Assembly: GCF_024521635.1 (NCBI RefSeq)
Contig: NW_026250418.1
Coordinates: 372,001-436,000, forward strand
Reading direction: 5' to 3'
Origin: Tricharina praecox
Taxonomy: Eukaryota
DNA length: 64,000 bases
Positions 1 to 13,800 of this stretch are shown here, piece after piece. Both the position numbers and the translations under genes were made by a program. The notes under the pieces were generated by a model. The model was given only the letters and a program-made list of their open reading frames with translations. It did no database searches and was not told the DNA's origin. The first letter of the stretch is position 1, and the number at the start of each line of letters is the position of its first letter.

Positions 1-834
1 CTGGGATTCGATATGCCGAAGCATAAACAGAAGCATAAGCCCCCGTTCCCCCCTCCTATGGATCCAGTCTCCACCGGTTTCTCCTCACAAATCCAAACTC
101 CCGCCACTCCCCCACACCCATCTCCCCGCACCCCTCCAGCCGCACGAACACCACCGGGCATCGTGCCGGAAACACCACCGCACCCGGCTTCCCAGCGTTA
201 TCAAGGAATAAACCAAGCAACCGCCTCCTCCGCCAGCGCTCTCTCGCCCAAAGCGTTCTTTTCGCAGACGCAGTCACAAACCCAGGGCTCACATCGGCAT
301 CCATCGCGCTCACCGAGCAGAACAGCCACGACAGCCACGACGCTGTTCTTCTCCACCGCGCGCGAGATGCCATCCCCAAGCAAGCCCAGCCCGGCAAAAC
401 ACCATACCCCTCCCAGGCCAGATATAGAAGACGGAGAGGAAGACGACGACTTCGACCTGGACTTGGACCTGGACCTGGACCTGGACCTGGACTCGCAGCC
501 AATACGCTACCCCATCACCGTCTCGCCCACTGTCTCGCTGCACTCCACTCTCACGCCCACCCACTCCTCCTCCGACGATACGGAAGAAGAAGAAGAAGAC
601 CCACCGCAATCGTTCCACCCCGTGCGCACCCAGCAGTTCTCAGAGAGTATGTATGTGCGCAAGTTCGACGACGACGACGAGGAGGAGGAGGAGGAGGAGG
701 AGGCGCGGCGGCGGGGAGGGAGGAAGGATAGGGAAGGGTGGAGGGATGCCGAAGACATTACTACCAGTCAGTTGCTCCCCGACACCTTGATGGAGACGTT
801 TCCGCTGCCGGATAGTTGGGAGGAGACGCAGTAG
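1..834 (+). CDS. 3' part of a low-complexity (Pro/Ser/acidic) hypothetical protein; probably begins upstream of the window
   Basis: Frame is open from base 1 (LGFD-MPKH...) to TAG at 832-834. The C-terminal tail SQLLPDTLMETFPLPDSW looks conserved, and a GT-rich 3'UTR-like sequence follows. No family recognised. Confidence 0.6.
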   Translation: MGFDMPKHKQKHKPPFPPPMDPVSTGFSSQIQTPATPPHPSPRTPPAARTPPGIVPETPPHPASQRYQGINQATASSASALSPKAFFSQTQSQTQGSHRHPSRSPSRTATTATTLFFSTAREMPSPSKPSPAKHHTPPRPDIEDGEEDDDFDLDLDLDLDLDLDSQPIRYPITVSPTVSLHSTLTPTHSSSDDTEEEEEDPPQSFHPVRTQQFSESMYVRKFDDDDEEEEEEEEARRRGGRKDREGWRDAEDITTSQLLPDTLMETFPLPDSWEETQ

Positions 835-1081
835 GTAATGGTGAGCCCGGGCGTTGGTTGAGATCACGATGAATGGGATGGGATGGGCCGGGAAGGGGGT
901 TACATCGTGGCTTTTCTTTGGCGGTCATCAAGTATATGTGTGTATCATATGAGCGTCGCTGTCCGGTACAGCTTCTTTTAAGTTTTCGGGCACGTATCGG
1001 AATGGATCGGGAGCATTCGGCCTTGCGGTTTCTCTCTCTCTCTCTTGAGAGAACGGATGGAATGATTGGGCCACATAGGTA

Positions 1082-1725
1082 AAGTACTAGGTTAAAAGTT
1101 ATCGCCAGAGGGCCGTTTTACACCAAAAATGGCCACTTTCACACGACTAAACTCATCCTTCCTCTGACAGAAAAATATTGTGTCTTTCACAAACGCCGTA
1201 AAATCATAAACCCTCTCATATATGAAAAAAAAGTTGACCGCTTTTAGTCAAAATTGGTGGCTTTCGATGGGGGTTTGTGCATGACTTGAACGGCAATTCC
1301 GCATTTTGTATGGGGCTCCCAAACAAAAAGTTGCACGACAACCAGCGAAAACCATAAATTTTTCTCCTGAGCCGCATTGCTCAACCACAACTGCTTACAT
1401 TTGCGAGCCAGTTTCTTATAAGATCACCTAGGCTGTTAACAAGGACTTCCAATTGCCCAATATTTTTTACAGTGTGTTTGGGACGCAGAATCTGTGGTTG
1501 AAAATGGATAGCCTGGAGACAATGGGACTTGGGTTAGCCGCATAACTTCGCATAAAATATTGATTTCTTTTAGCTAGAAATTTGTCGAAGCTGGACATGT
1601 ATCTAATCATCCTGTACGCAAATTGATATTACTTTCTATTGTGTGGTTGTGGTGTTCGAGAGGTCTAGATGTGTGGTGTGGTGGTCTCGTAGGGGCGAGT
1701 GGCGATAACTTTTGACTTGGTACTT
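1082..1725. mobile_element. Non-autonomous DNA transposon (MITE), TA target duplication, Tc1/mariner-pogo type; copy 1
   Basis: Imperfect ~26-bp TIRs AAGTACTAGGTTAAAAGTTATCGCCA / TGGCGATAACTTTTGACTTGGTACTT, flanked by TA at 1080-81 and 1726-27. AT-rich with no transposase ORF. Near-identical second copy at 51838-52482. Confidence 0.9.
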
Positions 1726-2349
1726 TAGGTTCCTTCGTTCGAGCAGACATCTTGATTAGAGTACATAGAAGAGTAGACATAATACAGAATACCGAAATCA
1801 TCATAGGAAATAGAGCATGGTGGGAGGATGTTGACCGGATACAATCATAATCTTCACAATACAGTGCCATGAGCGTCACGCATCCCTAACCGTGGAACGA
1901 TGCAAGACGTTGATCACCCGTATATGGTTATTTACACAAGATATTTAGAGAAAGTAAACGTGAAAACAGAAGCAGTGCCAGTGAAGAGCGTCGCAGCGGT
2001 AACAGGATAAGAAGCCAGAAGTAGAAAAGTAGAAAAGTTACCTAATGGAATTGGACCGGGGAAAAACAGAACATTTCCATCACCACCAACGATTAAAGCC
2101 CCAAATCCAACGAACCCGAACCAGCCAGCCAACCGAACAGCACATAAAAGAACCGAACCAGAGCACAAAACCGCAAAGTAAAAAAAGAGGTAGAAAGCAA
2201 AGACAAAAGAACCAGAACCCATCAATTTCGCCCTTCTAACCATGGTTTCCCCAGATTTCCAGCAAGCAACCATCCCCATGCGCGACCCCCTATCCCACAT
2301 GACAGAAAATAGAAACACAAGAAAAGAAAAGGGATACCGTATTATTCCG

Positions 2350-5300
2350 TTATGACAGATGGAACGCGCCCTGTCCTTCCTTGACCGCCACCCTCATACG
2401 GTCCCTCAGGATGTCGAGCGTGGTGTAGTCAGGAAGCTTGAGATAGTTCACACACGTCATAACACTGGGGAGGTAGTCGTCCGAGGTGTATGGAGGCTCG
2501 CTGGCCTTGCATACCACTGTCAGTAGAGGCGTCAAGCTCTTGAAACCTGTTCCAAGTTAGCACCCGAAGAATCATCAGACCGAGTGACAGCACTTACCAC
2601 CAATAGGAAGCTTCGGGCTACCAGTGACAAACTGGAGGAACTCGCGGCGCTCGGACGGGTTGTACTCGCTCATGACCTGCAGCAAGTTGCGAACTGTCTT
2701 GCTGTCCATGTTAAAGCCGTGATCTGCCTTCATCGAGTCCATCAAAGCTACGCAGTATGTCAGAAATCTGTCCGGGGAAATACGGAAAAGCCATCACTCA
2801 CTCTCAAGAGACCAGTCCTCATCCACCTGGCCGAATAACATGACTAACTCGTCGGGAGTAAACGACCTCAACGCGTTGTACGGGAAGACCTGGGAGAATC
2901 CAGCACGGAACGCTTCGACCTGTTTCTGGACTCCACTTCCGAGAGTCATGCCGATCACCTTATCGACGTATTCAGCAACGTTATGGATGGTAACTTTAAC
3001 ATCCCCACCGTTCGGTACGAGTTCAATCTCATCGTATCCAGGCAACGTGAAGTAGATCTCCAGATCCTCAACCTGAGTACCATCAACGGTAATCTCCTTA
3101 AGGCGTTCCTGCTTGCCTCGAGTAGTGAGGACAGGATTCTCATCGACCGCCTTTTTGGCCATGGCAAACTTTCGGAGGAGTTTCAAGGACGAAGCGAGAT
3201 CTTTGTCGACGGTCTTGACAGCTCCCAGAGATGGCGGAACGGCCGAATCACAGTTGGCTCCAGTGCGGAAGAAGGTAGGGTTGAAAAAGATGTCGATGAT
3301 GCGAGAGTCCAACATGGAACGCGCCACAAACTTGCCCATAATCTTAAACAGATGCAGCACCTTCTTTCCATTGTCTGAATTGGCCATCTTCTCGTCCATC
3401 GGCGCCGGAAACAGGCCCTGGTGTCCAAACGCATACTCACTGTCGTTCTGAGAATCGTTCTCACGCCACAGCTTGAGTTTCTTGCTAACGAATGCCCTAG
3501 AGACGCTAGAGTAGAACTCAAGTGTCGGTCCAAGTCCGGTTCCCACTTCTTCGAAGTACTCAACCTCCAAAACACTCGGGGATGCGCCGTAGATCTCCAT
3601 GACCTTGATTGCAGACTCGAGAATGCGTTCTCTCGATATTCGGACCTTCTGCCGCTGCAGCCTTCCGAGGAATGGTCGGTTGTCATCACGGTGACGATCT
3701 TGGCGGGAATCTCCGGTTTGCTGCGAGTTCTGCCATCTCGTCATGGAACGGGAGTATCCAAATGACGTTGACTGTAGGTACAAGTGCCGGGTCTCGAAGG
3801 GGAAGAGGAAAGGGTAGAAGCGGGACAAGTCTTCGGACCATGTGGGAAGACAAGCGCTTGCAACGATCAAGGGCTCCTCGAGCTGGCGGTTGAGTTTGGC
3901 AGTCAATTTAGTGTTGACGAACTGGCTGAGCGGCTGCAGTTGGGGCTTGTCGACCTCAGTGTCCTGGAAGACGTCATCGATGTTTGCGTTGAGCGCATGC
4001 AGAATGCTGAGCAACTGCATGATCGACGAAGTAATCTTGTTCTTGTCCAAAGAAGCCGGAATAGCTGTGGACTGCGTCTGAGAGTTGTCGGGGACAGGCG
4101 ACAACGGTCCATCAGGTGGAGCGGCTCCAGGCACTCTACGAAACGTGATGGGGTGAACTGCTGACCAGATGTTTCTGTACGACGGCTCCTCTGAACCGGC
4201 ATTCCGATCCAACTGCACCGCCTTGTAGATGGTCATATCGTTGGAGATAGTATGTCCATTGATAGTGAATTCGATATGCCAGTCATTTACCGATGCATAA
4301 GTGGTCTTGGTCGCCTTCGGGGAAGCTGTGGAAGGCCCAGACAAAGGAGTAGTAGCACTAGCGCCAGAAGGCGTTGCCACACGGGTTCCATCCTCTTTGC
4401 GAGCAGTCACCTTTCCACCGGCAACTTCAACATTGACGGCGCCAGTTTCTGGTTCAGGCTCATCGTCCATTTCCCGGTCGAGATCGTCAAGTACAGCATC
4501 CATGTCACCCATCTCATCATCGTCGTCGTCGTCATCTGGCACAGGGCGCTCATCCATACACTCCAACCGTTCCTGGGAGCGTGTGGCGGGTGGTTTCGGC
4601 GGCGCTGAAGCAGATGACCCTGGGACGGCACCTGAAGAGGTCCTTCCGGTGCTACGGCGCTTCGCGGGTTTAGCAGCCGGCGTAGGCGCGGACGATGAAG
4701 ATGCGCCCTCGGCGGGAGGAGCTGGTGCAAGCAATCCCGACGTTCCGGGATGTGGCAAACCAGCAGCAGCAGCAAACGCCGCCAATGCACCCGACAGTCC
4801 GCCAGACCGATCACGACGAGCACGAGGCCTCTCCGAAATATAAATGCGGGGCTTCAAGTAATCGTCCAGAGCCTTAAAGGTTGCGATAGCGTGAATGGAC
4901 ACCATGATGTTCCGGTAAGATTTGGGAATGTCAGATCCTTCTTCTGCTACAAGCTTGAGACGGAGCTGCTTGGCGAGCATTGAGGCACTGCTCCGATTGC
5001 CTTCGTAGTTCTGGTGAACGGTGACAACCTCGAAGTGTTCGGACCGGCTAAGCAAGTCCTGCAACTTCTTGACGAGTACGCCGAATGGTGAATCATCTCT
5101 CTCCTTTTGCATGAAAATCTCCAAGAACGAACGGCGAGTTCCGGCATCGTCCATACCTTCCCCATCGTCAGTATATATTCTCACTCAACGCAAGGCATCA
5201 CATACCGGGAGTGTTCTCCAAAACGGAAAGCAAGGACTCGACTATGCCGGAGTTCATCAATTCAAAGCTGGAGATGGATTTGAGTGCATCTGAGCTAAAG

Positions 5301-8039
5301 AAGCCAGCCAGCTGCTCGAATAACTTGGCAGGCTGCTTCTCCGTCTTCAAGCCCTCGGAGAGGGTGCTCAACGACTTCATAATCTCCTTGGCCCTGGTCT
5401 TCATAGTAGTTGCTTCTTCCTTGTCATGAACTTCCATAAACTTCTTGGCCTGAAGAGTGAGCGCGCTATCCATCGCGATGATCAATTCCGAGACATGTGA
5501 TGGCTCATGTCTTGAAGACGACGATGACCTGGAACTAACAGGAGAAGAGCCCATGTGATCCTCATCCACCGATTCGTCGGACGGGTCTTCCTCAAGGTTG
5601 AGGTGTACGGATTCGGGCAACTTCGATGCCAGCTTCTCTATCTCGGAGATTACGCCCTCCCTATAGAAGTGGTAGCGGTATACATCAGGTACACGACGCA
5701 ACAGCAGCTCGGCCGCATCCATCGCACTAAGAACCAGGGTCGGATGGTCTTGCTGATGGAGGATAGTGGCAAGATGAGACGCAAACTGAATACCGGAAAG
5801 TGCTTCCTTCAGGATATCTGTGTCCATGTTCGAAATCATCTTCAACTGGGCGGTCAGAACCTTCTGTCGAACATTAAGATTCACAGTGCTGGTGTATGCA
5901 TCTGTCAAAGTGGGAAGCAGGATCCCTGCAAACCGTTTCAGTGCAGGTTTGTTCTCCTTAAGCAGGCGTCGGCGCAAATCATCTGGTGTCTCTTTTTCCT
6001 CGGTCTTGGAAGTCGAGGAACGCCTCCGACGAACTTTTGGTGAGGCAGAATCAGCTAATTGATTAGATCGCAGGTCTGTGGATACGACAAATGTAAACTT
6101 ACTCTTGATGCCTGGGAGGAGCTCGCAAATCACGTTCAGCGTCTCAAAGATTTGTTCGCGAGGCTTGTGAATCAGCGCCTGCATAGTCATGACAGAGTCG
6201 GTCTTGAGATGCGGGTTGTCGCCCTCCGGGGGAGATATGCCCGTCAAGATCTGGTACAGAGTGTCCACAATGTTCATCTTGAGAAGCTCCACGGCAAGTG
6301 TAGGGCTGGCTTTTGCAGTGATGGACAACACTCGCAAAAACTGCGTGTGAATGTGTGTACCGACAATGTTGGTAGTGCCGGGCAAAAGAAGCTGCAAAAT
6401 AGCTTTCAGCAGATCCTTTGACATCAACTGTTCGAGTTTGTCGGGTTGATGACGGAAGCTCTCGGCGATACGTGCAACACACTGGCAGCCCTGCTCGACA
6501 ACTTTCTGGTCGCTGCTCCTCAAGACATTACGCAATGTTTCCATTACATCCCGGACTGTCGTAAAACAATCTTCGGGGATGCTGCGGCAGCAGTTGGCAG
6601 CAGTCGTCACGGCAGTCCGCTGAACGTTCGTAGCAAAGAAGTCCAGGTATGTCAGACACGCAGTGAGACCACCTTCACGGACGATCGAAGTCGGATACTC
6701 CACCGAGATCTTCTCCAAAGTCTATCAAACCATTAGCATATAAGCTTTCGAAGTTGGGACAAGCGCGTCTCACGCTCAGGGCTTGCTCTGCAAGATCAAT
6801 GTACTGGATCTCCATCAACTTAGCACACAGGACCGGTACAGCACCTCCATACACCACGTTCGCCGTTGCGGCGGGCAACGCCTCCATCAAGTTTGCGATA
6901 CAACGACATGCGAGGAGCATCATTTCCGGATTCTCGCCATAGGGACCCTGATCTTGCATCAAACTAACTAACTCCTTCACAAACTGGTCGGGAGAGAAAT
7001 GTCCGGACAGGTTGTCCTCGGTGGATACTAGCAACAGCTCTGCCAGGCTCTGCAGAGCAATCAATTGTGCCGAGGGGTCATCCTTCTGTCGCAAATTCTC
7101 AAGAATGTCCCGGAGGCGTGAGGAGATTCCAGATACGAGTCCCGAAAGCGCACGTAGTGTACTGGAGAGATTGGCACCACCTCCGCCCAAGTAGCTGCCA
7201 TCGAACACATCGTCCTCGTCCTCATCGTCGTCGTCCTCATCCCTGTCATAGTCCTCCTCTCCATATCTCTCGTCGTCATCATCACCTTCCTCATCCTCTC
7301 CAGAGCGATCGGCCATGTCCTCGTCATGGTCGGGATCCTCCACTTCGTGACGCAGATTAGCTTCTCCCATAACCACGTCGTGATCAGATGGGGCCGTAGC
7401 AGGAGCCGGAGGTGGAGGTGGAGGGGGAGGTGGAGGCTGAGTTGGCTTCTTTGTTCGGCTCGAGGGTATCGATTTTGAAGTGTCTGCGAGTACGAGTATC
7501 GTCAGTCGAAAGCCCGAGCGGAAAGGCAGCAAGCGAGAGGAAGAGAGATAGAGAACTAACCTGGTGTTGGCTTCTGATTCTGATTACCTTTTCGCCTCGA
7601 GGAAGCACTCTGACGCTGTGGTGGTTGATTTGGCTCGTTCATTCTGGGGCACCAACTAGCTCAGTACCCCGCCTATAGATAGATGAAATGCAAAGGGGAA
7701 TGAAGGGGGGAAGGGGGAGGCGAAATTGCAACAATACCCTTGGTCAGCCATCTCGGGTTTCTTCTCTCTATGACGTCTCTGCGGCTGAGACTTTGCTGGT
7801 GGTTGCTGCGCGGTCGTCTTTGAGCGCTTCTTGTGAGGTGACTGTGAGGGACCCGCAGAAGCTGTAGGTGGTGGTGGCGGGCTGGCCTTTGCTTTCCGCT
7901 TACGAAGGTTTCGAGTAGTGGTAGAAGTGGATTCGGCTGCAGCTGGAGGGTTTGCTGGGGAGGTGTTCTGAGCCGGGGCGGGTAAGGCTGCGCCGCTAAT
8001 GTCACTCGCCGTGGAACGGGTGACTCTGCGAGTGGGCAT
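2350..8039 (-). CDS. UFD4: HECT E3 ubiquitin ligase, Ufd4/TRIP12 family (ARM-repeat N-terminus + HECT); multi-exon
   Basis: Motifs LLACRCIANLMEALP, IQYIDLAEQALS, FVNTKLTAKLNRQLEEPL, LEVEYFEEVGTGLGPTLEFY and C-terminal LPSVMTCVNYLKLPDY...EGQGAFHLS*. GT-AG introns with CTRAC branch points (e.g. 5157-5205, 6055-6102). Start uncertain: ATG 8039, or ATG 8279 via an extra exon. Confidence 0.95.
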
Positions 8040-10464
8040 GAATAAATGAACGCTTGAAACTGTGCGGGACGCTGAGTGTGGTGCGTGCGTAGGTAGTAGG
8101 TTGGATGGACGGTGTATGGAACGGGACAAATGACGAGAAGAAATAGTAGATATCTACCTCAAGGTCGAACGGAGGCGTGGAGAAGATCTCGTTGCCGAAT
8201 TTGTTGGAGATCTCTGGTCTGGGTTGGCCGTAGATGATGCAGGCAATGCTTCCGGTTGACGTGTTGCTCTAGGCTCCATGCGAAGCCGCCATCAAGCAGA
8301 AGAGGGTGTTGGTATGAGGAAGTCCAGCGATCGACTCTTCAGAAAGAGACGTGGCGATAAGGAGAAACCTGTGAGTTAGAGCTGGGTGTGGGGCGGGAGG
8401 GGGGTGTGGGTGGTGGGTGGTGAGTGGTGGGCGGTGGGTGGTGGGTGGTGGGTGAGTGGGGGGGGGAGGTTGTCAGGTAGGAGGTAGGTAGGCGAGGCGA
8501 AGGATCTTCCGGGGAACAGAAGATGGGATCGAGCTAGCGAGTGTTTGAAACTCTGGAAGTGGCGTTAGAGAAAGAGAGGGTAAGGTGGAAGAGTAAGTCG
8601 GTTGTGAAGGAAGGTTGGAGATGGTAGTGGCAGTTGGTGGAAGTGTGTCGGTGGTGGTGGTCGGTGGCGGTAGGTTGTTGGTGATGTGGAGGAGGACGGA
8701 TGGATGGATGATCTGGGTCCAGGTGGTTGCTGGCCTGTGCGACTTCCCGCCGACAACTCTGGGGCTGGATTAGGTGATGTGATGTGATGATGAGAGCACA
8801 AGTCCGAAATACGACACTAGCACAGATATAAGGACGTGACGGTCCGGACACAGCGTGAATCGTGATTACGGCAAAGGAATCGAAACTAGGCGAACGAGAC
8901 ATGGCAGCAAGCAAGCAAGCGACGTTGACTCTACTGCTTTCCGGGGGGTCGTCTCTGATCTTTGATTCTAGAAAAGAAGTGACTACTACATTCCACTACG
9001 AAGACTCTTCCACGAAACGAAACTCATGTGTATAGATCGTTGGACCTAGTTATAAAACGACTTTCTCTCGTATGTTACAGGCGTATCTGGAGCGGCGCCC
9101 ACGCGTGTCGACCCCCAGCAGCAGGAAAGAGCCGCAATAAACTGCGTGCGCGGCGTCGAAACTTTCTGTTGGCGCGAATCGCGCTAGGTAGATCGGAAAG
9201 CTGTGGCATGGTTGCGGGCAGGCATCGCGGCGAGATACATCCGTGCATCACGCGTACAATATCCCGGAGGCTGTCGGAAGCGATTCACGTGGTGTCACTC
9301 GGTTGGAATTGCCATGGATGGCCGCTCGGCTCTGCAAAGGTTGATTTTCCTCTGTGGGAGCCCGGCGAAGTGCCTTGGGAGAGAGAGACAGTCCATTTAG
9401 CTCTTCGCGATAAGAAATGATGACGGCAAGCAGTCGGCTTGCCGCCGAACTCTACTAGAAAATAGGCGTCGGTCTTGATTGATTGGAGCCAACGGAAACG
9501 AATGATCCATGGCAAATGGGCTGAATGCACACTGTCCAACGAATGACGAATTCCAGTGGCTTGAAACGAACCTGAGTGCGTCTCAACGGTAAGGCTGTGG
9601 AGCACTCCCTCGGAGCTCTTTGTGATCTATTCGCTGCATCTAGGATTCCGAATGCGTCACCTTTATGGGGCGGCCGACCTTCACTACGGTAGTAGCCGAC
9701 CATGGTGACAAAACAGACGCCATCAACACTATTGCAGGTACGGTTCTAATCACTTCTTCATCCACTTCGAAGTTGAGGAAATCTCTGGTTTCTGGTTAGA
9801 GTTTGCATGTTGAGCTCGAAGAATTCGTTTCATGTGTTGGAAAGCTGTCCGAAGGTGCGTTATACCAGTACCTTCAAAATTCACCCATACATTTCTCTAA
9901 TATGGTGCTATCAACCGACAGAGCATCGACATAGGCTCTAGCTTTGGCAACTCGTGGCAAAGTACCGCTTCACGGAGGAAAGTTTAACAAGCTACCGAGC
10001 AGCCGCTGAGCTCGAAAAGCTCTGAACAGCTCATCTCCACCTCCCAACGGACAGAGAACCCATAATATTCGGGCTCTATCTCCGTGGAATGAGCTATCCT
10101 CGCGGCCCGCCTTCGAGACATGCCAAGTAGACTTGGAAAGTGGAGAAGCCCAGCCATGTCATGTACTGTCTTCAAGTGTCGGTCGTTAAGTTCTGCCGTC
10201 GCTTAGATGGCTCTACTCAAGACGCAATGGAACTATCTGTTAGGTTTCCGCCTTTAGTTCAGCGCATTGAAATAGGTGCCATAGCACAACTATCAATCGG
10301 TGGGTGATTTTCTACGATCCGACATCCAGCGGCAGGTAATCTGGAGGTTTGCGACTCAACACATGCAGTATTTATGCAGTATTTACGCAGATTACCACGC
10401 TGACTCACACTGTCGGAGTTGCTTCGTGCCTACAGATTCTAGTAGGCTCGGCTTAAGTGGGTGA

Positions 10465-10834
10465 CAGTGCCTCCGATAGTCCAGTCCAGCCCGTCTTTCG
10501 GCAAAAGTCGGACTGGACTGAGAGATTCAGTCCGGCTGGAGGCATGGGCTGGACTGGGCAGTCTGCGCAACTGGTAACTAGAGCTGGACGGACTGCAGTT
10601 GACTGGATGGACTGGTACTTTGAATGTAGGTTGAAAGAGTTCTGCGCGCTAGCCACATAGGAAGTTCGACCCAAAATTCCAGACGGTGGCAGTCTGTCAG
10701 TCGACTGTAGTCCGAGGCGGCAAAATTTGTGGACGGACCGAATTCAAATCGTCCTCCAATTGTATGGACTGGACCAGACTGATGCAGTCCGTTCAGCCCG
10801 GACTGCCGTCCGGGTTGGACTATCGGGAGCACTG
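10465..10834. mobile_element. 370-bp MITE with CAGTG-ended TIRs and a 9-bp flanking direct repeat
   Basis: TIRs CAGTGCCTCCGATAGTCCA / TGGACTATCGGGAGCACTG. AGTGGGTGA sits on both sides (10456-64, 10835-43). Many internal AGTCC/GGACT sub-terminal motifs. Confidence 0.85.
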
Positions 10835-13800
10835 AGTGGGTGATCGATACTCGGTATGACGAGAAGGGCCACTCACTTTCGTGTGGGTGAATGTGATTGT
10901 CAGCATTTCAACGCAAACTACTCCTTGAGGCTACGACGATTATCAACGACACGGAAGAGCGTATCGCGTCTCCCTTCGTCGTAGGAGGTGACCCACTACC
11001 CCGTCGCTTTCCTTAACAGCGAGAAAGTTGTGGGCCCCTTCAGTACATATATTGACAGCTTTGGAAACGTATCGAGAACCAATTCTTCCAGAAGGCACAA
11101 GCTGCTCTCAGATCAAGTCGGCGGTCTTCCTCCCGAAGTCATCTCTTCCGTCACTCGTCCTACATGACTCCATGACCTATCTCAGCCTTCGACGGCATGA
11201 TTCTTCTCCAGAGACAGGAGTGTTCAAGAGTGCGGACTATTAAAGGATGTTTTGAATTCCTTTTAAATGACTCGGAGCCCGGTGGTTTGAGACAAGGCCA
11301 CAGCTCTAATAGAAAGTGGATTTTGTAGTTTTTTTAGTTTCAAGTCTGCACAGTCGCTAGAGAATGAACGGTGTCGGATGATATTTGGTTGTAGCATGGC
11401 TGCGATTGTGAATTCCATCAGCCACATAACTGTGAATAATCGCAGCAGCCCGGCCACACAGATGTCGGACAATTCTGTATCCTCACCCTCTCAGTCTGTT
11501 CCGTCGTAGAATGAAGCACTAGCTGGGCTACGGATATCCCACAAACACCCACCTAGATCATCACATGCTTCTTGCGACGGCGAGAGTGAGGTCGACGGGA
11601 ACGAGGAGTTTTGATAATTTATCGTGCTCGCTCCCCGGTCCCTTTCCCGAGCATGAATCGTGCTCTTTGTCGTAGAACTGTATGGGTGGGTTTGGTGGAT
11701 CGATCACAGCGCATCACACCGGTTGCAACCATATATCGTCGCCTTGCAGGGTCGTGTCACTACCATTGAATGCTTATGCCGCCATAATCCAAATAGGCTG
11801 CACGCGATGAATGGGGAAACAAAAAAGAAAGAATGACACAATCCTACCTCCCTTCTCGCGCACCGCCACATCCTCCTAATCATTTCTCCCCACGGACTCC
11901 AAATTCCTGGCACAGAGAAGACATAGGCTACTCCCATGAATTACGGTACCGGCAGCGATTCCCTTTCACTCGTTACCTTGTCGGCACTGGCTGCTGAATC
12001 AGATAACAGGCTAGACACTCCAGGTCATGTCTTACGGGAAGATCGAGGCCGAGGACCCTCGTACCAATATCCATCTTCAACTTCAGCAGACTCGGCTTGA
12101 CTAAATGCGAATATTCTCATACATCCTCCAGCAATGGAAAGCAAGAGAGAGATGGACCAGCTCGTCAAGCTGCCAACTACCTAGGCCTTCAGATACGGTT
12201 ACCTTGGAAGAGGCGGGAAATCAAAGAGGGAAGACAAGTGGCGATCCGTAGGTACTTCGCGATTAGGATCTAGGATGCTCGGGTTGCTGTTTAGTTCATG
12301 GACTGAGTGGAATCAAAGACCAAGATACATCATACGAGGCTTCTGGATTCCTTGCCGGGTTCATTCGCGGGCTTCGTTCGGATCCAAACGGCCGACGATT
12401 CATGGCAGTTCACGAATCGCAATCATTTCCTCTCGATCTACGTTCCATTAGGCCCAATGCAGAGGCAGACCCGACACACTCATCCTTCGTAATAGACACT
12501 CTGGATTAGCACTTTAACTTTCGAAAGTTTCCCTTTGCATAACGACCTCGTGGCGCAGACGTTTGCTGCAACCTGTCATCGCCGCGGAGCGGACACGACA
12601 AAGCTGGAAGCCCGGATACCGGGATACCGGAGAAGTCACTCGAAGTAATGGCCTACTGGTAGCGCACCAGTGAGAGCGCGGGATACATAGAAGGATTCAC
12701 CACATCCTCGCCCGCACTTTCGCCAGATGACCAGCACTTACACCACATCTTGAAGCCGATTCCCGCCGGTAGCATGACCAAACAAGGAGGCTTACACGCA
12801 CGAATAATCCAAAGAACGGGAATGCCGTTGGCGAAAGAAAACAACCCCCGACACCGACACACCGATAATGATCATGCGAGCTCACGCACTACAAATCTCC
12901 TCTCGAACAGCTACCGCAACTTCTATGGCAAATCCAGCGCCATGCCCCACGCCTCAAAGCTACAGTCAATTCTTTTTTTAGCTTAATCATGACTGCATTC
13001 GACCTTATCAGATCATGGCAATACATAGCCGGTTCCGACAGTGACCTTTCTTCTCTCGGATGCTGCGGATCGAGTGCTGCCCTATGAGTCCGGTTCGGAT
13101 GCACTTTCCGTTTACGGCTTCGTCCGTTTCCCCTTTTCACGATCTTTCACGATGCTCGTCGGGAGCCAAGCGGGTTGGGCGACGACGAACTTAGGTTGGC
13201 GGCATAAGCCCGTGGTTATCATGCATGCAGCCACCCGCACCAGAAGAACCGACCCTGGCGAAGGAAAAGCTTGAAAGCATCGTGAAGTCTACATGTGTAG
13301 GGCTGCACCAAGCACGAACATAAATAAACCAGTGCGTACCGGCAATCTGCTGCACGTCAAACGATCAAACCACTACCACGATGCCGCCACCATGCATAAA
13401 AGCTTCGTTCAACCAACCTGCAAAACAACAGCTGTGCGGAAACAACAACCACGCGGGAAAAAAACAACAACCACCTAGGAAAAAAACAACAACCGGAGGA
13501 AGACGAAAAACGAAACAACAAAGACAAGGAAATCGTGTACAAGACAAGCAGCCAGTCATGATAAGCGACATACCGGTAATAGTCTAGAATTGCAGTCGGT
13601 CGAGGACGTTCACAATCGACCACACCCATCACGGTCTCGGATCAATCCACCACGTAGTATGGCTTTGATTTCAACCTCGACCTCAAGCTTGAGCCGACGC
13701 TTCACACTCTCACCATCACCACCGAGTCCGAGTCCTCCCGACAAAGCGATCCCGAGGGAGGCACATAGTACATAATAATAAAAAAAGAAGCGACCTCGAA

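Noticed and set aside
9400..12900. Complex, coding-like intergenic DNA around the 10.5-kb MITE
   Set aside because: No long ORF or recognisable domain; may be decayed genes or TEs but cannot be supported.
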